Source: Bacteroides sp. (GTDB taxonomy: Bacteria > Bacteroidota > Bacteroidia > G022818785). From it: a stretch of DNA of 26,759 nucleotides. The DNA is taken from positions 412,920 to 439,678 of the forward strand of contig CP063811.1 of the NCBI GenBank assembly GCA_022818785.1. Direction: 5' to 3'. How positions within the stretch are numbered: the stretch's first letter is position 1; every line of letters starts with the position of its first letter. The position numbers were made by a program, and so were the translations under genes. Below are positions 1 to 8,105 of this stretch, piece by piece. The notes beneath the pieces were generated by a model. That model ran no database searches, was not told the DNA's origin, and saw only the letters and a program-made list of their open reading frames with translations.

Positions 1-199
1 ATATAAATGATATAATTAATAATATGCTACAAATTGTATTTAAAATACAATTAATAAATGGTATTAAATAAATGTTGAAATTTATGTATTCTTTGATATT
101 ACAATTTATGTTTTGATTATTTATTAAATAAACAATCAATATAACTGAAAAAGATATCGTATATATAATATACTTTGTAAAAGTATCATAATACTTCAT
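1..199 (-). CDS. DUF420 (CtaM/YozB-like) membrane protein, 5' part; runs off window (not in ORF track)
   Basis: Manual translation from ATG at 199: MKYYDTFTKYIIYTISFSVILIVYLINNQNINCNIKEYINFNIYLIPFINCILNTICSILLIISFI..., open to position 1. The PxxNxxLNxxxxxLL pattern and the position after ctaF fit DUF420. Confidence 0.7.
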   Translation of the reverse strand, partial: MKYYDTFTKYIIYTISFSVILIVYLINNQNINCNIKEYINFNIYLIPFINCILNTICSILLIISFI

Positions 200-455
200 A
201 ATATTCAATAAATATTATTGTTGTTAAAAACAATAACAAAATTATAGGTAATATAAATAATAATTTATAATATAATTTCTCTGAATTAACATGCATGAAA
301 TAAAATACAATATAATATGATTTTAAAAATGTTAAAAATATATATATAATATTTTTTACTAATGTAGAATTTATTAAAAAAAATGAAATATAAAATTCAA
401 TTAAAGTAAAAAATGTTAATAATATAAAAATATTAAAGATTTTTTTGTAATTCAT
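186..455 (-). CDS. ctaF: Cytochrome c oxidase subunit IV (COX4_pro family)
   Basis: Three hydrophobic segments with the LTFLKSYYIVFYFMHV motif (K..YIV..FMH); follows the subunit III genes. Confidence 0.85.
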   Translation of the reverse strand: MNYKKIFNIFILLTFFTLIEFYISFFLINSTLVKNIIYIFLTFLKSYYIVFYFMHVNSEKLYYKLLFILPIILLLFLTTIIFIEYYEVL

Positions 456-461
456 TGTTAA

Positions 462-1082
462 TTATATCAAATATATAAAGGTAAATATAAAGACCCAAAT
501 TAAATCCACAAAGTGCCAATATAATCCTGCATTATTTAAAAAATTATAGGAATGCATTCTCTTTTCTAGATAAATTTTAATAAAAATAAATATATTAATC
601 ATTATACCAATTAAAACATGTATTCCATGAAACCCTGTAATAGCAAAAAAAATATTGCTATAATTAACATTATGTCCTATTGGTATTTTGCCAAACCAAT
701 ATCCTTTATTGGATAAATGTATCCATTCTAAGGATTGACAGAATATAAACATTATACCTATTAATATTGTAAAAAAAAGCCATATTAGAGAATTTATTTT
801 TTTACTTTTTTTATATTCATAAGTTGATGCATACATAGATATACTACTCATTATCAATATAAATGTCATTATAGTTACAAATGCTAATGGTATATTGTAT
901 CCTATTAAAGGTACATATGTGAAAACTATATCACCATTAGGCCATATAGTTTTACTATTTAATCTCAGAGCAAAAAATACATTGATAAATCCACAAAAAG
1001 TAAAAATATCTGATATTAAAAATAACCACATCATTAATTTCCAGTTTTGATGATTTATTTTATTCAAATGTATATCATTCAT
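462..1082 (-). CDS. ctaE: Cytochrome c oxidase subunit III, second paralog
   Basis: KLMMWLFLISD, FFAITGFHGIHV and GLYWHFVDLIWVFIFTFIYL are typical COX3 motifs. Confidence 0.93.
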   Translation of the reverse strand: MNDIHLNKINHQNWKLMMWLFLISDIFTFCGFINVFFALRLNSKTIWPNGDIVFTYVPLIGYNIPLAFVTIMTFILIMSSISMYASTYEYKKSKKINSLIWLFFTILIGIMFIFCQSLEWIHLSNKGYWFGKIPIGHNVNYSNIFFAITGFHGIHVLIGIMINIFIFIKIYLEKRMHSYNFLNNAGLYWHFVDLIWVFIFTFIYLI

Positions 1083-1086
1083 AATT

Positions 1087-1639
1087 TTATCTATTTAATA
1101 ACATAAAACAATATAAATATAACCACGAAAAAGTTATAAAATGCCAATATATGACAATTGTTTGCGTGTAATATTTATTATTTTGTTGTATAAAAAAATA
1201 ATAATAACAAATACCTAAAAGACCAAATATAACATGTACTCCATGTATAATAGATATTATATATATATGACCCAGCAACATTACCTGACAAATATATATT
1301 GTTATTTATTAAATACTTTAACCCATTTAATTGTAAAATTAAAAAAAATATGCCTATAAAAAATGTTATTATTAATAGTGTTTTACTATACAAATATTTA
1401 TACTCATTAAATAAATAATTAGCATAATATATAGTTATACTACTTATTATTAGTAATATATTTGAACATATAAAAACATTTGGTAATTGAATATAGATCC
1501 ATTTGTTAGCATTCAACAAACCAATTCTATTAACTATGTATGCACTAGTGATACCTGCAAAAAGCATTACAGAGCTTAATATAAATAACCAAACTATAAA
1601 TTTTACTGCAATAATATTTTTATCATTATATGATTTCAT
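1087..1639 (-). pseudogene. ctaE: Cytochrome c oxidase subunit III, first paralog, split by a frameshift (N part ORF 1178-1639, C part ORF 1087-1281)
   Basis: The N part has WLFILSSVMLFAGITSAYIV...GNVAGS. The C part, in another frame, has IHGVHV...YWHF. Adding one AT unit to the repeat at 1258-1268 gives the continuous GSYIYIISIIHGVH. The gene may be functional or this may be an assembly error. Confidence 0.88.
1258..1268. repeat. (AT)5A microsatellite (minus strand) at the ctaE frameshift
   Basis: Plus strand reads tatatatatat. Confidence 0.9.
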
Positions 1640-1641
1640 AA

Positions 1642-3354
1642 TTAATGTTTATCAGATATATTTTGTGGCATATAATCATCTTGATATTTGGGATTACTAT
1701 ATTCATATGGCCACCTGTAAACCACAGGTAAATCATTTTCCCAATTACCATGAATATGTTCAATTGGAGTAGTCCATTCTAATGTATTGGCTTTCCAAGG
1801 ATTTTTAGAACTATCCTTACCTTTAAACATGCTATAAGTAAAATTATAAAGAAATATTAATTGCGCAAAACCTGATATTATTGAAATTATTGTAATAAAT
1901 TTATTCATGTTAATAAATATATTAAACATCCCAAAGGCATTAAAATCATAATATCTTCTAGGCATACCATTAATTCCCATAAAATGCATTGGAAAAAAAA
2001 TTAAATATATAGATATATATGTTATCCAAAAGTGGATATGTCCTAATTTTTCATTCATCATTTTTTGAAATAATTTTGGATACCAATGATATATACCTGC
2101 AAACATACCAAATATTGCAGCACTACCCATTACTATATGAAAATGGGCTACAACAAAATATGTATCATTGAGATTGATATCTAAAATAGCATTACCAAGA
2201 TATATACCTGTTAATCCTCCTGTAATAAAAAAAGATATTAAACCTATTGTAAACAACATGGGTGTTGTAAATTTTATATTACCTCTCCATATTGTAGCTA
2301 TATAATTAAAAACTTTAATAGCTGAAGGAACTGCAATAATTAAAGTAGTAATTGTAAATACACTACCTATTAAAGGATTTATCCCACTAATAAACATATG
2401 ATGTGCCCATACAAAAAAAGATAATCCAGCAATTGCAATTAATGAATAAATCATAGTATGATATCCAAATAATGGTTTACGACAATTTATTGATAATATT
2501 TCTGAAGATATTCCTAATGCTGGCAATATTACTATATATACTTCTGGATGACCTAAAAACCAAAATAAATGTTGAAATAGTATTGGGCTACCTCCATCAT
2601 AATGAAGATATTCTCCTGCAAGAAATATATCACTTAAATAAAAACTAGTCCCAAAACCTCTATCTAATATTAATAATATTACAGCAGCCATTAAAACAGG
2701 AAAAGATAACAATCCTAAAATAGCTGTTAATAATAATGCCCATATAATAATTGGTAATCTATACATAGTAAGACCTTGAGTTCTCATATTCATAATAGTT
2801 GTAATATAGTTAATATTGCCTATTAAGGAAGATATTATAAATATTGACATGCTTATTAGCCATACAGTTTGTCCTGTTCCTGAGCCATTTATAGCCTTAG
2901 GTAAGGCGCTTAAAGGAGGATATATTGTCCATCCGGCAGATGCAGGTCCTGTAATTACAAAAAATGAATACAACATTGTAAGGCTTGACAATAGAAATAA
3001 CCAATATGATAACATATTTAAAAATGGTGATGCCATATCTCTTGCACCTATTTGTAAAGGTATTAGTAAATTGCTAAATGTTCCACTTAATCCGCCAGTT
3101 AAAACAAAAAAAATCATTATAGTTCCATGAATTGTAACTAATGATAAATAAAATGAAGGATCTAAATAACCATCATTTGCAAATTTATTAAAAAACAATT
3201 TAAAAATATAAAAAGGCCTATTAGGATAGGCTAATTGTAATCTAAATAATACAGATATAAATAATCCAATAAACCCCATAAACATAGCGGTTATGAGAAA
3301 TTGTTTAGCTATTATTTTATGATCTCGAGAAAATATATATTTTAAAATTTTCAT
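1642..3354 (-). CDS. ctaD: Cytochrome c oxidase subunit I, A1 family
   Basis: TIHG, ARDMA, WFLGHPEVY, WAHHMF, VAHFH and GMPRRY motifs. Start placed at ATG 3354, which overlaps the ctaC stop (ATGA), rather than at TTG 3399. Confidence 0.97.
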   Translation of the reverse strand: MKILKYIFSRDHKIIAKQFLITAMFMGFIGLFISVLFRLQLAYPNRPFYIFKLFFNKFANDGYLDPSFYLSLVTIHGTIMIFFVLTGGLSGTFSNLLIPLQIGARDMASPFLNMLSYWLFLLSSLTMLYSFFVITGPASAGWTIYPPLSALPKAINGSGTGQTVWLISMSIFIISSLIGNINYITTIMNMRTQGLTMYRLPIIIWALLLTAILGLLSFPVLMAAVILLILDRGFGTSFYLSDIFLAGEYLHYDGGSPILFQHLFWFLGHPEVYIVILPALGISSEILSINCRKPLFGYHTMIYSLIAIAGLSFFVWAHHMFISGINPLIGSVFTITTLIIAVPSAIKVFNYIATIWRGNIKFTTPMLFTIGLISFFITGGLTGIYLGNAILDINLNDTYFVVAHFHIVMGSAAIFGMFAGIYHWYPKLFQKMMNEKLGHIHFWITYISIYLIFFPMHFMGINGMPRRYYDFNAFGMFNIFINMNKFITIISIISGFAQLIFLYNFTYSMFKGKDSSKNPWKANTLEWTTPIEHIHGNWENDLPVVYRWPYEYSNPKYQDDYMPQNISDKH

Positions 3355-4454
3355 ATTGAATTTATTGTTTGATAAAATGTTGTCTGTCTGTCTATCCAAT
3401 TATTATAGTTATTTTCTGTTAATACTGTAACTCTTATCCACATGTTAAAATGTGAAGCTCCACATATTTTATTACAAAAAAGTATATAATCAAAATTTTC
3501 ATCATTTTTTTTTAATCTCATTTCATTAGTTGTAATTATAGGAGTAAATGTAAATGAGGTATACATTCCAGGCACTGCATTCATTTGCAATCTAAATTCA
3601 GGGATATATGCACTATGTATAACATCTTTAGATGAAATTAACATTTTTATAGATTTATTAACAGGTAAAACAATTTCATTAGTTACTATGTCATCTAATG
3701 CATATTTATCATTAAAATCAATTCCTAGTATATTTTTATCATGAATATTTCTAAAACTTCTATTTCCTAATACTCCATCATATCCTGCATATCTAGCTGT
3801 CCATTTAAATTGTTCTCCTGTAAGTTCTATTATAATCGAATTATTATCTTTTTTATTAGGATTATTAATTACGATTTTATTCCATATAACATTGCCATAT
3901 ATTACTGTTAATAGTAATATTAAAGAAGTTATTGATGTCCAATAAATTTCTAATTTATTACTATGAGTAATATAACTAGCTTTCCTATTATGATTTTTTT
4001 TATACTTATGTATAAAATAAAATAATAATATATGTGTTATAAAAAACACTATCAAAACTAATAATGTTACAATTAAAAATAAAAAATCATAGTATTGACC
4101 ATGTAATGTAGCAGAACTATACCATAAATCTAATCCATAAAATTTAAACTGATATAATGATAAAAATATACCTGATAATAAAAACAATATCATAAAATAA
4201 CCTGTATAATATTGCCAATCAATTTTTTTCAAAGGTTGATTAATTAAAATCATATTTAATTTGAAAATATTGATCGATGTTGTAATAATTCTATATAATA
4301 ATATGGATATAACTAATATTAGTATTATATATCTATTATAAAAAATATATTCTATAATAGAGTTTTGATTATTTTCATCAATATATTGCCCTAATTCTTG
4401 AGAAAATAAAAAATTACTAAAAAAATATGTTAAGCAAGCAAATATTATTTTCAT
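3351..4454 (-). CDS. ctaC: Cytochrome c oxidase subunit II (CuA), no fused heme c domain
   Basis: LEIYWT, QFKW, DVIHS, NAVPG and the CuA motif CNKICGASHFNM (Bacteroidota form). Confidence 0.95.
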   Translation of the reverse strand: MKIIFACLTYFFSNFLFSQELGQYIDENNQNSIIEYIFYNRYIILILVISILLYRIITTSINIFKLNMILINQPLKKIDWQYYTGYFMILFLLSGIFLSLYQFKFYGLDLWYSSATLHGQYYDFLFLIVTLLVLIVFFITHILLFYFIHKYKKNHNRKASYITHSNKLEIYWTSITSLILLLTVIYGNVIWNKIVINNPNKKDNNSIIIELTGEQFKWTARYAGYDGVLGNRSFRNIHDKNILGIDFNDKYALDDIVTNEIVLPVNKSIKMLISSKDVIHSAYIPEFRLQMNAVPGMYTSFTFTPIITTNEMRLKKNDENFDYILFCNKICGASHFNMWIRVTVLTENNYNNWIDRQTTFYQTINSI

Positions 4455-4460
4455 AATAAT

Positions 4461-5672
4461 TTATATTTCATGTTTAATACTATTTGACAAATAAGGATGT
4501 TTTTTTGTATAAATGTCAATTTTTTCTAATTTTTTTAATATTAAAATAAAAAACATACTAAAAAACATCATAAACATACCTATTTCTACTAATCCTATTT
4601 TATAAAATTTGCCAATTACTCCAGGTGAAATCATTATATATATATCTAGCCAATGACCTAATATTAATGAAATACATACTAATGAAACTATTTTATAATT
4701 TCTTCTAAATTGTTTTCTTATTAAGAAGAAAAACGGTACCATAAAGTTCATTATAATATTTATAATATACAATTTATAATATCCTCCTAACCATCTTGTT
4801 TGATACCATATAATTTCTTCTGGAATATTAGAATACCAAATCAATAAATTTTGTGAAATTAAAATATATACCCAAAATATTGAAAAAGCAAATATATAAG
4901 TTGCTAAATCATTGAGATGATTTTCATTAAATGCAAAACAATCATTATTATATTTTACTAATATAGTTAAAATGGTAATAAATGATAACCCACTAATCCA
5001 TAATAGAGATAAATTATACCATCCAAAAATAGTGCTAAACCAATGAGGTTCTAATGACATTATAACATCTATTGCAAATAAAGGAAAAGTAAATCCAAAA
5101 ACAAAACAAAACATTGCAGAATATTTCAAATTAATATTGAAATAATTAATTTTATTATATTTTTGGCAAAAATTATTAATTTGATTAATTTTAAATATAA
5201 AAAAAAACCAAAATAATAAGTATAATATTATTCTCACAATAAAGAATTTCTTATTCAAGAAAATGTTTTTTTGTGCAATTATTAAATCATAATTGATAGA
5301 TTTAATATCTAATAATTCTATATTAGACCAATTAAAATATAAAATATTGCTAAATAGACCATAAATAATAACTAATAACAGTATAGTAGAAAATATAGGA
5401 TATAAAAACATGAACATGTGAGAAATTCTTAATAAAATAACTGACCAACTTGCCATAGATATATATTGTATTGAATAAAACATAATACCAAATAGAGATA
5501 CAATAGTAAAATAATATGAGTTAATTAACATATTAGAAAATAAATTATTTATTTTTATTCCATCATGTAAATACTCTATAAATAATAGACAAATACCCAT
5601 CGTAAATAAAATAATTAATATATTATATACTTTATAATTAATTTTTAATTTAAAATTTATATTGTTATTCAT
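4461..5672 (-). CDS. actF: Alternative complex III membrane subunit ActF
   Basis: Polytopic NrfD-like protein with MSLEPHWFSTIFG, HLNDL, LLIWYSNIPEE and GHWLD. ATG 5672 overlaps the actE stop (ATGA). Confidence 0.92.
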   Translation of the reverse strand: MNNNINFKLKINYKVYNILIILFTMGICLLFIEYLHDGIKINNLFSNMLINSYYFTIVSLFGIMFYSIQYISMASWSVILLRISHMFMFLYPIFSTILLLVIIYGLFSNILYFNWSNIELLDIKSINYDLIIAQKNIFLNKKFFIVRIILYLLFWFFFIFKINQINNFCQKYNKINYFNINLKYSAMFCFVFGFTFPLFAIDVIMSLEPHWFSTIFGWYNLSLLWISGLSFITILTILVKYNNDCFAFNENHLNDLATYIFAFSIFWVYILISQNLLIWYSNIPEEIIWYQTRWLGGYYKLYIINIIMNFMVPFFFLIRKQFRRNYKIVSLVCISLILGHWLDIYIMISPGVIGKFYKIGLVEIGMFMMFFSMFFILILKKLEKIDIYTKKHPYLSNSIKHEI

Positions 5673-6268
5673 ATATTTTGCAATTTTTGTACATGTAAAA
5701 CTATTTGCCATATTTCTTTAGTAGATAGTATATTTCTATGCGCTCCCATAATACCGTATCCATATTTAATACTATGGTAAATCATTCCTGGATTATATTC
5801 TTTAATAGAGATATTATTACGAGGTCTTATATTATTGCAATCGTTAAATTTAGGAGGTTTAATAGGATATCTTTCGCTTAAAATCATATCAGAATCTGAT
5901 TTTCCACATTTCCCATGACAATGTGAACATATTGCTATATACAATTTTTTTCCTTCATTTATATTAAATAAACTATTATCTATAGGATTATTTAAATAAT
6001 ATTTACTCATTTGTGTAAAATCGCTAAATTCTATTAAATCAATTTCTTGATCATATTGAATGGTATTATGAGGATACTTTTGAGACGTGACATTATTTAA
6101 AAAAATTTCATTATAGTTATCATGATTATAAGGAACAGAATCATACATTTGAGGAGCATATCTCCAATTGGGTTCTTTTTTAGGCTTAGCTGCTGGATAA
6201 CAAGAACTTAATAAAAATAATGCCATTAAAATATATAATATTTTATTTTTTATCATAAATTTTTTCAT
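5669..6268 (-). CDS. actE: Alternative complex III monoheme cytochrome c lipoprotein ActE
   Basis: Lipobox LSSC, YAPQMY, single CSHCH, distal YGIMG and EIWQIV. Alternative start at 6256. Confidence 0.92.
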   Translation of the reverse strand: MKKFMIKNKILYILMALFLLSSCYPAAKPKKEPNWRYAPQMYDSVPYNHDNYNEIFLNNVTSQKYPHNTIQYDQEIDLIEFSDFTQMSKYYLNNPIDNSLFNINEGKKLYIAICSHCHGKCGKSDSDMILSERYPIKPPKFNDCNNIRPRNNISIKEYNPGMIYHSIKYGYGIMGAHRNILSTKEIWQIVLHVQKLQNI

Positions 6269-6764
6269 TTATATCAATTGAACCATTTGATTTTAATATA
6301 TTTTTTAACATATATATATTGTCAATATTATGATTACTAACATCAATAACAATTGCAAATTGATCATTTGTAATTCTCGTATTAATTATATCAGAATCTT
6401 TTTTATATAAAATACTTAATATAAACATAATACCAATGCTATAAGCAGATAATAAAATAGTCATTTCAAAACATATAGGTATAAAACTTAGAAAAGGAAC
6501 ATATGGCTTACCTCCTATATTCATAGGCCAATTATTAGTCATATAAAACATCATATTAAAGCCTAAAATAAGACCTAAAGAGCCTCCTATAAAGGCAAAA
6601 AATGGCAATTTAGTTTTTTTTAAATTTAAAATTTTCTCAATCTTATGAATAGGATACGGCGTATATACATTATCTATTAATATTTTGTTTTTTACCAAAT
6701 TTTCAAGATTATTTAATAAATAAATTTCGTCATCAAATAATGCTATTATATATTTTTTATACAT
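6243..6764 (-). CDS. actD: Alternative complex III subunit ActD (DUF3341)
   Basis: VYTPYPIH, WPMNIGGKP, FIPICFEMTIL and ITNDQF motifs; lies between actC and actE. Confidence 0.92.
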   Translation of the reverse strand: MYKKYIIALFDDEIYLLNNLENLVKNKILIDNVYTPYPIHKIEKILNLKKTKLPFFAFIGGSLGLILGFNMMFYMTNNWPMNIGGKPYVPFLSFIPICFEMTILLSAYSIGIMFILSILYKKDSDIINTRITNDQFAIVIDVSNHNIDNIYMLKNILKSNGSIDINEKIYDKK

Positions 6765-6773
6765 ATGTAAATT

Positions 6774-8096
6774 TTATTTTCTTGTTAACAATTTTACTTC
6801 AGATATTGCAACAGCAGGTAAAAATTTTATGAATAATAAAAATAAAAATAAAAAAAGACTTATTGAGCCTATAAATAAACTTACTTCATAAAATGAGGGA
6901 TAAAACATAGTCCAACTTGATGGTAAATAATCTCTATGTAGAGATGTAACTATAATAACGAATCTTTCAAACCACATTCCAATGTTAACAATTATAGATA
7001 TCAAAAAAGTAAAAGTTATATTAGTACGCAATTTTTTTGACCACATAAATTGTGGAGAAAAAACGTTACAACACATCATTATCCAATAAGCCCAATAATA
7101 TGGCCCTTTAATTCTATTTAAAAATACATATTTCTCATATGGAGAAACTGAATACCAAGCAATAAATAATTCTGTTAAATATGCAACACCAACTATTGAT
7201 CCTGTAACCAGGATAACTAGATTCATTAATTCTATATGTCTTATAGTGATATAATTGTTAAAATTAAGAGATTTTCTTACTATAATTAGTAAAGTTTGTA
7301 CCATGGCAAATCCTGAAAATATTGCACCAGCCACAAAATAAGGTGGAAATATAGTAGTATGCCATCCTGGTATAACTGATGTAGCAAAGTCGCATGAAAC
7401 TATAGTATGTACTGATATAACTAATGGTGTGGATAATCCAGCTAATACTAATGAAACAGATTCAAATTTATGCCATGATTTAACTGAAGAATTCCACCCT
7501 AAGCTTAAAAAACTATATATATTTTTTTTTATACCATGTGATTGATCTCTAATAGTAGCTAAATCAGGAATTAATCCTATATACCAAAATAACACTGACA
7601 CTGAAAAATAAGTAGATATAGCAAAGACATCCCATACTAAAGGAGAATTAAAATTAACCCATAAAGGACCAAAATGGTTAGGAAGAGGTAATGCCCAATA
7701 AAAGAGCCATGGCCTACCCATATGAGATAAAATATATGTTAATGCACATATAACAGCAAAAATTGTCATTGCTTCTGCTGATCTATTAATAGAATTACGC
7801 CAATTTTGTCTAAATAAAAGTAATATTGCAGAAATTAAAGTTCCAGCATGACCTATACCTACCCACCATACAAAACATGTAATATCCCATGCCCATCCAA
7901 CTGTAGAATTTAGTCCCCATAATCCAATACCATAATAAAAAACTGAAATAATACTATATCCCCATAATAGTACTCCCAAAAATGATAAAAAAAGACATGC
8001 CCACCATATATTATTAGGTTTATTAATTACAGGAGAACAAATATTAACAGTTATATCATTCATACTATTCTTACCATCTATTAAACTATTATTCAT
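6774..8096 (-). CDS. actC: Alternative complex III quinol-binding subunit ActC (NrfD/PsrC family)
   Basis: FVWWVGIGHAGTLISA, INRSAEAMT, HMGRPW, SPLVWDVFA and GMWFERFVII motifs. Confidence 0.96.
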   Translation of the reverse strand: MNNSLIDGKNSMNDITVNICSPVINKPNNIWWACLFLSFLGVLLWGYSIISVFYYGIGLWGLNSTVGWAWDITCFVWWVGIGHAGTLISAILLLFRQNWRNSINRSAEAMTIFAVICALTYILSHMGRPWLFYWALPLPNHFGPLWVNFNSPLVWDVFAISTYFSVSVLFWYIGLIPDLATIRDQSHGIKKNIYSFLSLGWNSSVKSWHKFESVSLVLAGLSTPLVISVHTIVSCDFATSVIPGWHTTIFPPYFVAGAIFSGFAMVQTLLIIVRKSLNFNNYITIRHIELMNLVILVTGSIVGVAYLTELFIAWYSVSPYEKYVFLNRIKGPYYWAYWIMMCCNVFSPQFMWSKKLRTNITFTFLISIIVNIGMWFERFVIIVTSLHRDYLPSSWTMFYPSFYEVSLFIGSISLFLFLFLLFIKFLPAVAISEVKLLTRK

Positions 8097-8105
8097 AATA
8101 TAAAA

